A DNA stretch of 64,000 nucleotides from Verrucomicrobia bacterium Tous-C9LFEB (GCA_002304345.1 NEUU01000005.1:165933-229932), one strand, 5' to 3'; shown: positions 1 through 10,798, numbered from the stretch's first letter. A program made the numbers and translations. Notes: generated by a model from the sequence alone, not told the origin.

Positions 1-51
1 AGTCAAGGCCGCGAAAAAGCAGGACGAATAGTCCGCCTCGCACACGACCAC

Positions 52-75
52 AAAACGGGAGCTGGCTCCCGTTTT
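52..75. terminator. Bidirectional rho-independent terminator-like hairpin (AAAACGGGAGC-tg-GCTCCCGTTTT)
   Basis: Perfect ~10-bp GC-rich stem flanked by an A-run and a T-run, upstream of the hydrolase gene. Seen directly in sequence. Confidence 0.5.
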
Positions 76-138
76 GCCGCGCTCGCAAATCCGCTTGCAC
101 GCGCCGCACTCGCGGCGCAACGTAGGCCGCACTATTCT

Positions 139-912
139 ATGGCCACCACCCCCACTTTCCCCGACGAACACAGCTTCACCATTTCCACGCCCGACAAGCA
201 TCATCTCGCCGCCGTCCTCCACGTGCCGAAGAAAACCGTGAAGGGCCTCGTCATCCTCTCGCACGGGTTTACCGGCAACAAAGGCGAGAGCGGCCGACTC
301 TTCGTCACCACCGCGCGCGAACTCGCCAAGGCGGGTTTTGCCGCGTTGCGATTCGACTTCTGGGGCTCCGGCGACAGCAGCGGCGAGTTTTACCAAATGA
401 CGCCCAACACGGAAATCAACGACTTGAAGAACGTCATCCGCTGGGCGCACCAACAAGGGTGGGACAACATCGGTCTGCTCGGTCTCAGCTTTGGTGGCGC
501 GGTCACCATCTGCACCGCCGCACAAATTCCCGACGGCGCTGTCCAGGCCATGGTCACCTGGTCCAGCGTGCCGAGCTTCCAATTCTGGCGTTCCAAGCCC
601 GACATCAATCCTCCCGCGTTTACAGGCGAAAACCCGATTCACGTCGTAGGCAAAAAGTTCTTCACCGATCGCCCCAAGATTGACGTGCCTGAATCCTACG
701 TCCGCCTGCCTTTCCCCAAACTCCAAATTCAGGGCGACAAAGACATCGAAGGTTTTCGCGAGGAATTCTCCAAGTACTTCCCCGTTGCCCGCGGCGTAAA
801 GAAGCACCTCGTCGTGCCGGGAGCCGACCACGTTTTCACCACGTGGAAACACCGCAAGCAGGTCATCGCGCAGACCGTGAAATGGTTCAGCCAGCACCTC
901 AAGGCCCGCTAG
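139..912 (+). CDS. Alpha/beta-fold hydrolase (dienelactone hydrolase / BAAT-like)
   Basis: 257-aa ORF with an HGFTGNKGESG region and a GLSFGG nucleophile-elbow (G-x-S-x-G) motif. Confidence 0.75.
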   Translation: MATTPTFPDEHSFTISTPDKHHLAAVLHVPKKTVKGLVILSHGFTGNKGESGRLFVTTARELAKAGFAALRFDFWGSGDSSGEFYQMTPNTEINDLKNVIRWAHQQGWDNIGLLGLSFGGAVTICTAAQIPDGAVQAMVTWSSVPSFQFWRSKPDINPPAFTGENPIHVVGKKFFTDRPKIDVPESYVRLPFPKLQIQGDKDIEGFREEFSKYFPVARGVKKHLVVPGADHVFTTWKHRKQVIAQTVKWFSQHLKAR

Positions 913-958
913 CCCAGCGCCTATTCAAGTAGGCTGCACAGGAAGAGTGAATCCGAAC

Positions 959-1000
959 GGTAGGGCGGTTCGGTGAACCGCCGCTGGCACCGCAGGTGCC
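959..1000. repeat. REP-like double-hairpin palindromic element (copy 1 of 5)
   Basis: GTAGG-GCGGTTCGGTGAACCGCC-GCTGGCACCGCAGGTGCC: two adjacent GC-rich hairpins. Same family as the elements at 28850, 35481, 39466 and 56974. Confidence 0.7.
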
Positions 1001-1107
1001 AAGAGTGGGGAGTTGTATTCGGATTTCAGGTGGCAGCCTTGCTGCCAATCGGCCATGGCGAATTTGATTGCTGATTGCTTCGGAAAAAAGGAATCTGAAC
1101 GGCTTCC

Positions 1108-2097
1108 ATGAGAGTTTTGGCCATTCAACTAAACCAGCCCGGTGACGCCATTCTGACGACACCTGCCTTACGCTGGCTGATGCAGCAGGGGCACGAAGTG
1201 CATGCCATGGTGCAACCGATCTCGGCGGAACTACTGCGCACGATGGATGGTCTGGCTGGAGTGCACCCGCTGCCGCGCGGTTCATTCCAAGTCAGCCGCG
1301 ACATCCACCGTTGGAATTTTTTCCGCGCGGTCCATTTCGACTGGGCGCTCGTTTTCTCCCGCTGCTCGGAACGGCCTGCCCTCTGGGCGTGGTTGTCGCG
1401 CGCACCACAGCGCTCGGCGTTGCTCAATGAGAATTTCCCCAAGCTGTTGCGCCCACTGCGCATGATCAATCAATGGCGTCGATATCCCGCGTGGCCGGTT
1501 CATGTTGTGGAGCAGCACCTCGCCCTGGCCGGGGCCAATGCCGAAGAAGCGGCGCAGTCCCGTTTGGAATATACCCCGGCGGTTGAAGCGATCGGCTGGC
1601 ACGCGGAATGGCTGCGCGAGCACGGATTAACCTCGCAGGGTTATCTTCATTTTCATCTCACCGCCCGTTGGCCGTCAAAATGCTGGCCGGTCGGGCACGT
1701 GCGCACTTTCCTGCAGCGTGCGCAAAAAGAACTGGCCTGCCCCATCGTCGTCAGCACTGGTCCGGCGGAATTTGAAAAACAGTACGCCGCGCAAAGCCTC
1801 GATGGACTCTCCGTTGCCGTGACGGAAATTGGCACCCTCGCTCCCCATCAGCTCGGGGCGATCATCGCCGGAGCGGGCGCTTTCCTCGGGATGGACTCCA
1901 TGCCCATGCATCTGGCCGCCGCGCTGCAAATTCCCGGCATCGCCCTCTTCGGCTCCACCAATGCCGACCAGTGGGGCCCGTGGCGGGCGAAGATCGAAGT
2001 CATCCGCACGCCGGACGCGGCCCAACGCATGGCGGCGATTGCCCCCGAACTCGTCGTGGAGCGCTTGCGTTCCCTCGAAGCGCTGGGTGTGAAATGA
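1108..2097 (+). CDS. Glycosyltransferase family 9 (ADP-heptose:LPS heptosyltransferase-like)
   Basis: N-terminus MRVLAIQLNQPGDAILTTPALRWL is the typical GT9 heptosyltransferase signature. 329 aa. Confidence 0.75.
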   Translation: MRVLAIQLNQPGDAILTTPALRWLMQQGHEVHAMVQPISAELLRTMDGLAGVHPLPRGSFQVSRDIHRWNFFRAVHFDWALVFSRCSERPALWAWLSRAPQRSALLNENFPKLLRPLRMINQWRRYPAWPVHVVEQHLALAGANAEEAAQSRLEYTPAVEAIGWHAEWLREHGLTSQGYLHFHLTARWPSKCWPVGHVRTFLQRAQKELACPIVVSTGPAEFEKQYAAQSLDGLSVAVTEIGTLAPHQLGAIIAGAGAFLGMDSMPMHLAAALQIPGIALFGSTNADQWGPWRAKIEVIRTPDAAQRMAAIAPELVVERLRSLEALGVK

Positions 2098-2118
2098 GAT
2101 CGGCCCCTTGAAAGATTT

Positions 2119-3183
2119 ATGAGCAAACCCCTTCGCCTTCTCGCCTTCTGGCCCGCCTCCGATTTCGAGGATTTTCTCGAGCCCGCGTTCTTGAACCGGC
2201 CGGAGTACGAGGTGGAAATCGTCTCGGGCGACCGCACCTCCGGCAAGTCTCCCTACGCCATGGACGGCACGCGCCGCCGCGCCTTGCGCCGTCGGCTGGA
2301 AGCGGGGGAATTCGATCTCGTCATCAGCGGCAACATCTGGAATACCCCCTGGCCCGGCAACAAGGGCTGGTGGACCTCGATGGCGCAGGCCGCGCGCTTC
2401 TTCACCTATAAACAGTCGATGCTCGATGCGTGGTGGGCCCCGTGTTTGGTGCAGGGCCTGACCGATCGCGTGCCCTTCGCGGTGATCGATCTGCGCGATC
2501 CGCATTTTGTCCTGCCTTGCGATTATCGCCTGCTCAAAGGCTGCACCCACTACTTCAAGCGCGAATTATTCGCCTGGCCGCGCCGCTCCCTCCTGCCGCT
2601 CTACACCTATGTGGGCGAACGCCGCGTTGCCCCGCACGAATCAAAATTGTTACCCCTCAGCTACGGCGTCAATCACCGCAAAATTCCGGAACGGGTACGA
2701 TCCATGGCGGAGCGCGATATTGATATTTTCATCAGCGGTCACGGCAATCCCGTGCGCAATGAAGTGCGCGAGCGCTGTCGTAAATTAGCTTCCAAATATA
2801 ACGTGGTGGTGGTCGAGAAGAAGGCCGAGAAAGTGGATTACATCGATTATCTCCAGCGCTCCAAACTCGTCATTTGCACGGAAAGTTACGGCTGCGAAAC
2901 CTGGCGGCAATACGAGGCTTCGTCCGCGGGGGCGGTCCCCGTCATCAATTACCCCTTTGTGCACCATCACATGCCCATGGAGCCCGACGAGCACGCCCTC
3001 TTTTTCTCCATGGCGGGCCAGGATTTCGAAAAGCAGATCGACCGTGCCTTGGCCAACCCCGCCTTGCTCGAAAAGATCTCGCGCCAGACCCGGGAATTCA
3101 CCATCGCGCACAAGGATCGCCGCCGCATTGCCGATTATATCGTGCAGACCGCCCTCGCTCCCTCAAAAAAGTCGCACACCTAG
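2119..3183 (+). CDS. Putative glycosyltransferase (GT1-like C-terminal domain), LPS/polysaccharide biosynthesis
   Basis: 354-aa ORF immediately downstream of the GT9 gene. Its C-terminal region (ICTESYGCETWRQYEASSAGAVPV) resembles the GT1 E-x7-E region. Family assignment is tentative. Confidence 0.45.
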   Translation: MSKPLRLLAFWPASDFEDFLEPAFLNRPEYEVEIVSGDRTSGKSPYAMDGTRRRALRRRLEAGEFDLVISGNIWNTPWPGNKGWWTSMAQAARFFTYKQSMLDAWWAPCLVQGLTDRVPFAVIDLRDPHFVLPCDYRLLKGCTHYFKRELFAWPRRSLLPLYTYVGERRVAPHESKLLPLSYGVNHRKIPERVRSMAERDIDIFISGHGNPVRNEVRERCRKLASKYNVVVVEKKAEKVDYIDYLQRSKLVICTESYGCETWRQYEASSAGAVPVINYPFVHHHMPMEPDEHALFFSMAGQDFEKQIDRALANPALLEKISRQTREFTIAHKDRRRIADYIVQTALAPSKKSHT

Positions 3184-3426
3184 CAAACGTAGCCAACCTA
3201 ACGCAAACGTTCGCCCCGTTTTTCTGCTAGAACAGGAGTCATGCGCGAACTCCGCCCCTTTGAAATTTCAAATCTGAAATTTGAAATCCATCAGTTTGGC
3301 CTACACCGACCGCGACACCCAACAGAGTCGGTTGATGCTTGTAGCGCGTTGTCGACGCTGTTTTTTTATGGAGTTACGCGACCCTTGACTTTGCTCACGT
3401 CCCATACAATCCTGTGCGCACCATGA
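3183..3426 (+). repeat. Repeated upstream module (copy A) containing a conserved small ORF (3241..3426, 61 aa)
   Basis: About 75-80% nucleotide identity to the inverted copy at 12953-13148. It contains the palindromic core TTTCAAATCTGAAATTTGAAA. The small-ORF stop overlaps an in-frame ATG of the downstream gene (ATGA). Confidence 0.6.
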
Positions 3427-4436
3427 AGCGGACCCTTACAGCAGTGATGGCGTTGGTGGCGGCGACAACCCTGTGGTTTGGTTTGACACCTCATTCCCAG
3501 GCGCAGACGAAGAAGCCGGCCAAGCTGATGTTGATCCGCTATAATGAAGCCGCCGATGCCGAGAGCGGCGAGAAAGCCATCCGTGCCGGTCTCACCAGCG
3601 CGGGCCTCGTCGATGGCACCGATTACATTCTCACCGTCTCCTCCGCGCAGAACGACATGCCGACGCTGATTAATCTCGTCGACAAAGCGGTCAACGACAA
3701 GGCCGACATCCTCATCCCGCTGCAATCCCAGAGCCTGCAACCCGCCGTGCAGCGCGCGCCGAAAACGCCGATCGTTTTTCACCTCGTCTCCGACCCGATC
3801 CTGCTCGGCGTCGCGAAGAGCGATACCGACCACCTGCCCATGGTCACCGGCGCGTACATCAAAACCCAGCCTTCCGAATTCGAAGCGGTCGTCGCCCAGA
3901 TCAAGTTCCTCATTCCCGGCGTCACACAAATCGGCACGCTCTACGTCCCCGGCGAAGTGATCTCCAACGAACAAAAGGATCTCCTCATCGAAATGGCCGC
4001 GAAGTACAAGATCAAGGTCAACGCCGTTCCGGTCGACACGGTCAGCGATATCACCAACGCCGTGCAGGCCCTCGTCAGCCAGCAGCCCAGCGCCATCGTC
4101 ATGATCGAAGGTTCCATCCCGAACGGAGCGTTCTCTGCCGTGGCCGCGCAAGCCACCCGCTCGCGCATTCCGATCTTCGGCTTCACCGCCTATCAGGCGA
4201 AAAACGGCGCGGTCTTCTGCGTCGTGCCCGACGTCGGTCGTGGAGGTAAAGCCGCCGGCGAAATGGTTTCGCGCATTCTCAAGGGCGAAAGCCCGGCCAA
4301 CATTCCCCTTTACCGCATGCCCTCCGGCTTGAAGTTGATCAACTCCACCGCGGCCCGCCGCATCGGCATGGAAAACATCTCGACCGATACAATCAAGGGC
4401 GCGGCCGATGTCGTTCCCGGCTCTTTTGCTCCTTAG
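3414..4436 (+). CDS. ABC transporter substrate-binding protein (COG2984-type periplasmic component)
   Basis: Signal peptide, then a TKKPAKLMLIRYNEAADAESGEKAIRAGL... region typical of COG2984 binding proteins. The true start may instead be the M at 3423. Confidence 0.7.
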   Translation: MRTMKRTLTAVMALVAATTLWFGLTPHSQAQTKKPAKLMLIRYNEAADAESGEKAIRAGLTSAGLVDGTDYILTVSSAQNDMPTLINLVDKAVNDKADILIPLQSQSLQPAVQRAPKTPIVFHLVSDPILLGVAKSDTDHLPMVTGAYIKTQPSEFEAVVAQIKFLIPGVTQIGTLYVPGEVISNEQKDLLIEMAAKYKIKVNAVPVDTVSDITNAVQALVSQQPSAIVMIEGSIPNGAFSAVAAQATRSRIPIFGFTAYQAKNGAVFCVVPDVGRGGKAAGEMVSRILKGESPANIPLYRMPSGLKLINSTAARRIGMENISTDTIKGAADVVPGSFAP

Positions 4437-4477
4437 GTACCTTGACTATCACCATGGCATCTTAATAATACGCGGCG

Positions 4478-5296
4478 TCACGCGGCGCGTTTGGTCGAGC
4501 GGAAAAATTGCAACCAGACCATCACAGCCGTCGCGGCGAACATCGCGGCGGAGAGTAGTTGACCCTGCGTGAGCCAGCCGAAGAAGTAGCCGATGTTGTC
4601 GTCCGGTTCGCGGAAGAATTCCCCCACGATGCGCAGCACGGGGTAGGCCCCCATGAAGGTGAGTGAGACGATGCCGGCGCGCTTCGTCCTGAAGCGAAGG
4701 AGAAGAAGAATCGCGAAGAGCAGGAGCCCTTCCAGTCCGGCCTCGTAGAGTTGCGATGGATGGCGCGGCAGCGGAACGCCGTCCGGTCCGCGCGGGGCGT
4801 CGGGGAAGATGACGGCCCACGGCACGGTGGCGGGGCGACCCCAGAGTTCGCCATTGATGAAATTCGCCACGCGACCCAGCGCGAGCGCGGGCGGCGTGCA
4901 CAGGGCGGTCGCATCCGCGAGAACGTAGAAGGAGATTTTTTGGCGACGGGCGAACCAGGCGATCGCCAGGATGGAGCCGACGATGCCGCCGTGACTGGCC
5001 ATGCCGCCTTGCCAGACGAAGAAGATCGAGAGCGGATGGCGGACCGTGGCGTCCCAATTATAGAGCAGGCAGGAGGTCAACCGACCGCCCACGATCACCC
5101 CGATGATCATCGCGGTGAGGAAATCGACAATGGCGTCTTGCGAGAGCGGGAGCCAGCCACGTTTCGCCTGCCAGACCAGCCCGAAGTAGAGGCCGATAAA
5201 GCCGACTGCATACGCCAACCCATAATAGCGGATGCCCCAATTCCCACCGAAATGGATCAGGTAGGGACTGAGATCGTGGACATAGTACGCAAACAT
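4478..5296 (-). CDS. lgt: Prolipoprotein diacylglyceryl transferase
   Basis: 272-aa multi-TM protein whose N-terminus (MFAYYVHDLSPYLIHFGGNWGIRYYGLAYAVGF) is characteristic of Lgt. Confidence 0.9.
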   Translation of the reverse strand: MFAYYVHDLSPYLIHFGGNWGIRYYGLAYAVGFIGLYFGLVWQAKRGWLPLSQDAIVDFLTAMIIGVIVGGRLTSCLLYNWDATVRHPLSIFFVWQGGMASHGGIVGSILAIAWFARRQKISFYVLADATALCTPPALALGRVANFINGELWGRPATVPWAVIFPDAPRGPDGVPLPRHPSQLYEAGLEGLLLFAILLLLRFRTKRAGIVSLTFMGAYPVLRIVGEFFREPDDNIGYFFGWLTQGQLLSAAMFAATAVMVWLQFFRSTKRAA

Positions 5297-5572
5297 CGAC
5301 TTCAGGTGCTACCGAACAGGGGAAGTGGTGTCGAGGGGAAATCGAATCCATCACAGGCGAACCGCCCTGAAGCCCAGGCAATGTGACAATCTGGTAAATT
5401 ATTATTGACTAGCTCTATAATATTGATAGAGATTCAAATAATAATGTCTATCGACTTTATTGGGATCTGCGGAAAGCCGCTGATCCAGAAGCCATTCAGT
5501 CAGATCCGGGAGACTGTCTGAATCGAAAGCCGACGGTGAGAGCCGTCACAATAACCTAAGGAGAAACGAAAA

Positions 5573-6904
5573 ATGAAAAGCAATCTGAAGAAGCTGGTTG
5601 CGCTGGTGGGGATAGCGATTCTGGCTGTTTCCTCGCTGCACGCGCAGGACAGCAAGGCGCTGGTGGAAGCCCTCGTGAAGAAAGGGGTTCTAACCGATCA
5701 AGAGGCCGAGGAAATTCGCGCCGACCTGGTCAAGGAATTCAACACCACCTCGGCGGGCAAGCTCGAGGTGGGTAGTCATATCAAAAAACTCAAACTATAC
5801 GGCGATGCCCGCTGGCGTTACGAGTATGTGGGCCAGGACGGTCAAGTCAACGGCAGCACCAATTCGCATAACTGGCAGGCGCGTTATCGCATTCGCCTCG
5901 GGGCCGAATACGCCTTCAAGGATAACTTCTCAGGCGGATTTGAACTCGATTCCTCCACGGCCAATGATTCCGGCAACCAGACCATCGGAGCCGGTTTTGG
6001 CAAATTCGGCATCAACGTGGGCCTGCTTTACCTGACCTACAAGCCGTGGGATTGGGCGACGGTCACAGGTGGTAAGATTCGCAATCCGTTTTATACCACC
6101 GATCTGGTCTGGTCCAACGACCTGTACCCGGAAGGTGCGGCGGAAATCCTCAAATGGGACTTGTCGGATCAATGGTCGATTGGTTTGACTGCCGCGCAGT
6201 TCAACTACACCGAAAACAATGACAGCGGTAGCCTCACGGGCAACGACAAGCTTCAGGACTCATGGATCTTTGCTGCGCAGGTGCCGGTGACCTACCAGTT
6301 CGGCAAGTTTGAAAGCGTCACGGTGGCCCCGGCATTCTACTCGTATACGGGGAACAGTGCCGCCACGGTGGTCACGGGCAGCCCCAGCTCGACGGGTACG
6401 CTCAGCGCGACCAATCTGAATATCGTCACGGCTCCCGGCGACGTCTCATTCAAGTTGTTCAGCAAAAAAGCCAAGTTCTACTGGGACTTAGCTTACAATA
6501 CCTCGGGTGAAGCGCGCATTCACCAAGTCTACGGGATCGTCAATCAGAACAACGATCTGACGGACAGCCTGGCCTGGTTGGCTGGCTTTCAAGTGGGCGA
6601 CAGCAAGAAGAAGGGGGATTGGCTCGTCGGACTGGACTACCGGCAAATCGGTCTCGGCTCGATCGATCCGAACATCAGCGATCCGAGCTGGGGTAACGGT
6701 TACCTCAATCAGCAGGGTATCCGTCTGCGCACCAGCTACAACTTTACTGACTTCCTGACTGGTGGGGTGACCTACTACAACACGTGGAACCTCAAGGAAA
6801 ACATCAACACTTCCGCGACCAATCAGAATGGCAATACGGTCGGTGGTCTCAACGGCGTCAACGCCACGAGCCGACTGCAGCTGGATTTGGTTTGGAAGTT
6901 CTAA
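5573..6904 (+). CDS. Outer-membrane beta-barrel porin-like protein
   Basis: Signal peptide (MKSNLKKLVALVGIAILAVSSLHA), alternating amphipathic strands, and a C-terminal ...LDLVWKF with terminal F typical of OM beta-barrels. Confidence 0.6.
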   Translation: MKSNLKKLVALVGIAILAVSSLHAQDSKALVEALVKKGVLTDQEAEEIRADLVKEFNTTSAGKLEVGSHIKKLKLYGDARWRYEYVGQDGQVNGSTNSHNWQARYRIRLGAEYAFKDNFSGGFELDSSTANDSGNQTIGAGFGKFGINVGLLYLTYKPWDWATVTGGKIRNPFYTTDLVWSNDLYPEGAAEILKWDLSDQWSIGLTAAQFNYTENNDSGSLTGNDKLQDSWIFAAQVPVTYQFGKFESVTVAPAFYSYTGNSAATVVTGSPSSTGTLSATNLNIVTAPGDVSFKLFSKKAKFYWDLAYNTSGEARIHQVYGIVNQNNDLTDSLAWLAGFQVGDSKKKGDWLVGLDYRQIGLGSIDPNISDPSWGNGYLNQQGIRLRTSYNFTDFLTGGVTYYNTWNLKENINTSATNQNGNTVGGLNGVNATSRLQLDLVWKF

Positions 6905-6950
6905 GGCGATCTCCGAGCGGATTCATCCGCTTTATCGCGCGCAACGCAAA

Positions 6951-6981
6951 GGCCAGTCCGGGTAACCGGGCTGGCCTTTTT
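6951..6981 (+). terminator. Rho-independent terminator downstream of the porin gene
   Basis: GGCCAGTCCGG-gtaa-CCGGGCTGGCC stem (one G-U) followed by TTTTTG. Confidence 0.7.
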
Positions 6982-7358
6982 GCTGTCTTGTGAGCCTCTT
7001 TCAAACGATTGCGAAGGAGTAGGAGATCGCCGTGGATATCCTTCCTCGCCGCCCTTCCACAATCCCTGACGGCGCGGCCATTTCCTATTGAGGGATAAGC
7101 TCTCAGCCCGGAAAAGCGCCCGGCAAAATCTGCCGGTTTTTTTGGAGTGGGGCTGGAGCGTCGTTGTCGCAGCCATCCAAGATCGCTGAGGATATTGGCC
7201 GGCTGCTCCGCCTCGCCCAGCCTCCCTATTCTTGGCAACTCCACCCCAAAAAGATCGTGGATAGGTTCTTAGGACCTGAAAAGTTTGGCCTCCTACGCAT
7301 TGCGTTAAGTTTTACTTCTGCGCGGACGATTTAGTGAACAACCAATTCGTTCAACGGG

Positions 7359-10300
7359 ATGTTATATTTTCCGAAGCCAGCCTTTTTTGCGCGACTGCGG
7401 CAAGCCCTGCCGTGGCCACTGATCTTGTGTGCCTGCCTCACGGTTTTGGCTCTCTTGATTTACCGCACCTTCACCCACGTGGGATGGCAGGTTGGACTGA
7501 TGGATCTGGTCGTTTCCGCCAGTGGATTGGTCTTCTGGCTGGCTATTGGCGCGGTGCGTCATACGGCTCATTTACACCAGCATGCTGAGGAAAAAGCAGC
7601 CACGCTTGAGCGGGAGTTGCGGGGAAAAATCGCTGATCTCGAAGCGCATAACCACAAGATCCAGCACCTGCTCGACGACCGGCAGACACTCGCCCTCGTG
7701 GCGATGCGCACCCACAACGGCGTGGTCATTACCGATCCGCAAGGTCATATCCAGTGGGCGAATCCCGGATTCACCCGCATCACCGGATATACGCTCGACG
7801 AGGTTCTCGGTAAAAAGCCGGGAGTCTTTCTGCAGGGACAGGACACCGATCAGGCCACTCGCCTGATGATGCGATCCGCCCTGCAACAGGGTGAAGGATT
7901 TCGCGTTGAGGTGGTCAATTACAACAAGAATGGTCGCAAATATTGGGCGGCCGTGGATGTCCAGCCGCTGCACGATGAGCAGGGCAACATCACCCATTAC
8001 ATGGGAATTCAAAACGAGATCACCGAACGCGTGCTCTCCGAACAGAAATTCCGCATTCTCTTCGAACACTCCATCGATGCCCACATTCTTTATAATCAGC
8101 GCGGCATTCTCGATTGCAATCAGGCCACGCTCGACATGCTGCGTTGCCCGGAAAAGAAACGCATTCTGGGGCAGCGTCCCTCCCGGTTCTCGCCCGAGAT
8201 ACAACCGGACGGTCGCGCTTCGATCAGCAAGGGCGAGGAGATGGACACCATCGCGCGTAAACGGGGATTTCACCGCTTTGAATGGGTGCACCGCCGGATG
8301 ACCGGCGAGGATTTTCCGACGGAATCGACGCTCACACCGGTGATCATCAATGGCGAGCAAACCATGCTGGTCGTGCTGCGCGACATCAGCGAACGCAAGC
8401 GGGCCGAGCAGACCATTGCCTTGAATGAGCAACGCCTCGACATGGCGCTGAAGGCTTCGAAACAATATCTCTGGGACTGGCTCGTGCCCACCGGCGCGGT
8501 TTATTTCAGCTCGGAATGGTCGCGCATCATGGGCTACGACGAGAAGGATACCATTCCGCGCATCGAGTTTTGGGACAAGACGATTCATCCGGAAGACCTG
8601 CCCCGCGTGAAGCAATTGCTGGATGCACACGTTAGCGGCGAAACCGAATTCTTTGACGTGGAGTACCGCAGCGCCACGAAATCGGGTGAGCCGATGTGGT
8701 TTGGTACCCGCGGTCGAGTCGTTGAGCGCGACTCCGAGGGCCGCGCGTTGCGTATGATCGGTACCGGCATGGACATCACCCGGCGCAAGAAAATCGAGGA
8801 GGAATTGCGGCTCGCCAAGGCTGCGGCCGAAAGCGCCGACCGCGCGAAGAGCGAATTTCTTGCGGTGATGAGCCACGAAATCCGCACCCCGATGAACGGC
8901 CTGATTGGCTTCACCAGCCTCCTGCTCGATACCCCGCTCAACAACACGCAGCGCGATCATCTCGAGACGGTGCGCAATTGCGGTGAGTCGCTGCTCACCC
9001 TCATCAATGACATTCTGGATTTTTCCAAAATCGAATCGGGTCGCTTGGAACTCGAGGCGCAGCCGCTGCCGTTGCGCAGCACGATCGAGGATGTGCTCGA
9101 ACTTTACGCGCAGCGCGCGGCCGCGCGGCACATCGAATTGATTTATAGTCTCGCCGACAACGTGCCTCCCTGCATCCGGGGCGACTGGTCGCGATTGCGG
9201 CAGGTGCTGGTGAATCTCGTGGCCAACGCGATCAAGTTTACCCCGCAGGGAGAAGTGGAACTTTCAGTGCGTGTCATCGATGTCGGAACGCAATGGAAAG
9301 GTGGCGACCGCATTGTTTTGGAATTCAGTGTGCGCGATACCGGTATCGGCATCGAGGAAAGCAAACTCTCCCGCCTCTTCAAGCCGTTCAGTCAGGCGGA
9401 TTCTTCCACGACGCGGCGTTTTGGCGGCACGGGATTGGGGCTGGCCATTTGCAAAAATCTCGTTGCGCTCATGGGTGGCGAGATCCGCGTGCAGAGCCGC
9501 CCTCAGGACGGGTCTGTCTTTACCTTCACCTTGCCAACCGAGGTGGTCGATCCGGTCGATGCGGGGAGTGAGGCCAAGGCGGAAATTGATGCGCGGTTGC
9601 AGGGACTGCCTGTTCTCATTGTGGATGATAATCAATCCTTGCGCCGTTCGCTGGCGGAATTGCTGCAGGGGTGGGGATTGCAACCGCAGGGTGTTCGCAC
9701 GTTCGCCGAGGCGCGCAAAATTCTCGAGGGTCCGAACGATATTCGGCTGGCGATTCTCGATAGTAATTTATCTGACGGCGTGGCTTCTTCCCTGCTCGAA
9801 CAATTGCCCGCGCTTTTCCCGACGTTGCCGTTGATCTTTCTCTCGGCGGTGAACGAGCATTTGCCCGAGGTGGATAAAATTCCCACGCGCGCGCCGCGCC
9901 ATCTTTTAAACAAACCGGTGCATTATCACCAATTGCGGCATGCGGTGCATCAGGCCTTGAACATGAATGATATCGCCCCGGACACCGCGCGGGAATCGCG
10001 CGATCGGGCGGGACTGGGGGATGTCACGCCCGGCGAGGAATCGGATCTGAAAATCCTCGTGGTGGAGGATAATCTGGTGAATCAAAAGGTGGTCACTCTC
10101 ATGCTGGCGAAACTCGGTTGCAAAGCCGAGGCGGTGAACAACGGACGGCTCGCGGTGGATGCTTTCAGGCAGCAGAATTACGACGTGATTTTCATGGACG
10201 TACAGATGCCGGAGATGGACGGGTACGCGGCTTCAGTGGCGATCCGTTCAGTCGAGGCTTCCACCTCGCGCCTGAATCATACGCCCACACACATCGTGGC

Positions 10301-10433
10301 GTTGACGGCCAACGCGCTCACGGGCGACCGGGAGAAATGTTTGCAGGCGGGGATGGATGACTATCTGACGAAGCCGATCCAATTACGGGAATTGGAACGG
10401 ACTTTGCGTCGCGTCGCGAAGCACCAGAACTAA
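7359..10433 (+). CDS. Hybrid sensor histidine kinase / response regulator with multiple PAS domains and two receiver domains
   Basis: Two N-terminal TM helices and PAS/PAC-like repeats. HisKA H-box ([10 protein letters not shown]), HATPase_c G-boxes ([10 protein letters not shown]), and two C-terminal REC domains (D-x-MP-x-MDG). Confidence 0.85.
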   Translation: MLYFPKPAFFARLRQALPWPLILCACLTVLALLIYRTFTHVGWQVGLMDLVVSASGLVFWLAIGAVRHTAHLHQHAEEKAATLERELRGKIADLEAHNHKIQHLLDDRQTLALVAMRTHNGVVITDPQGHIQWANPGFTRITGYTLDEVLGKKPGVFLQGQDTDQATRLMMRSALQQGEGFRVEVVNYNKNGRKYWAAVDVQPLHDEQGNITHYMGIQNEITERVLSEQKFRILFEHSIDAHILYNQRGILDCNQATLDMLRCPEKKRILGQRPSRFSPEIQPDGRASISKGEEMDTIARKRGFHRFEWVHRRMTGEDFPTESTLTPVIINGEQTMLVVLRDISERKRAEQTIALNEQRLDMALKASKQYLWDWLVPTGAVYFSSEWSRIMGYDEKDTIPRIEFWDKTIHPEDLPRVKQLLDAHVSGETEFFDVEYRSATKSGEPMWFGTRGRVVERDSEGRALRMIGTGMDITRRKKIEEELRLAKAAAESADRAKSEFLAVMSHEIRTPMNGLIGFTSLLLDTPLNNTQRDHLETVRNCGESLLTLINDILDFSKIESGRLELEAQPLPLRSTIEDVLELYAQRAAARHIELIYSLADNVPPCIRGDWSRLRQVLVNLVANAIKFTPQGEVELSVRVIDVGTQWKGGDRIVLEFSVRDTGIGIEESKLSRLFKPFSQADSSTTRRFGGTGLGLAICKNLVALMGGEIRVQSRPQDGSVFTFTLPTEVVDPVDAGSEAKAEIDARLQGLPVLIVDDNQSLRRSLAELLQGWGLQPQGVRTFAEARKILEGPNDIRLAILDSNLSDGVASSLLEQLPALFPTLPLIFLSAVNEHLPEVDKIPTRAPRHLLNKPVHYHQLRHAVHQALNMNDIAPDTARESRDRAGLGDVTPGEESDLKILVVEDNLVNQKVVTLMLAKLGCKAEAVNNGRLAVDAFRQQNYDVIFMDVQMPEMDGYAASVAIRSVEASTSRLNHTPTHIVALTANALTGDREKCLQAGMDDYLTKPIQLRELERTLRRVAKHQN

Positions 10434-10798
10434 GCTTTCGGACCGCTATAGCTGCAGCTGGCGCGCTCGGTTTCGTGCACGGTGACTTCACTCAGGCCGG
10501 GCAGGATGCCGTCGAGTTTGTTCCAGAACCACGCGCAGAGCAGTTCGATCGTCGGATTTTCCAGGCCGGGAATTTCGTTGAGGTAGGAGTGATCGAGGAG
10601 TTCGATCAGCGGCTTCATTTTTTCCGAGATCACGGCGTGATCGTAATACAGGCCGGTCTTGGGATCGACTTCGCCGGTGACGGAAATTTTCACATGGAAG
10701 GTATGCCCGTGCAGGCGGTGGCACTTGTGGCCATCGGGAAAATTGGGCAACGATTGGGCGGCGGCAAATTCAAAAACTTTGTGCAGGGTGACTTTCAT
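10430..10798 (-). CDS. queD: 6-carboxy-5,6,7,8-tetrahydropterin synthase
   Basis: 122 aa. The CHRLHGHTF zinc-binding signature and overall PTPS fold sequence are present. Confidence 0.85.
   Translation of the reverse strand: MKVTLHKVFEFAAAQSLPNFPDGHKCHRLHGHTFHVKISVTGEVDPKTGLYYDHAVISEKMKPLIELLDHSYLNEIPGLENPTIELLCAWFWNKLDGILPGLSEVTVHETERASCSYSGPKA

Noticed and set aside
5297-5572. Possible riboswitch or sRNA in the 275-bp leader of the porin gene (palindrome CTCTATAATATTGATAGAG, hairpin GACGGTGAGAGCCGTC).
   Set aside because: No recognisable riboswitch consensus. It may simply be a promoter/operator region and cannot be supported from sequence alone.
7572-9131. Long antisense ORFs opposite conserved genes: 3366..4151(-), 7572..9131(-), 16125..17564(-), 21738..22634(+), 23005..24357(+), 31247..32662(-), 37488..39401(-), 39334..41082(+), 41364..43349(+), 46918..49893(-), 50700..51968(+), 57680..59551(+).
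   Set aside because: Each lies antisense to or overlapping a gene with clear conserved motifs (kinase, MCP, atpG/atpA, flotillin, pyc, purF/purL, GH, Bat genes). They have Arg/Ala/Gly-rich composition typical of high-GC frame artefacts.
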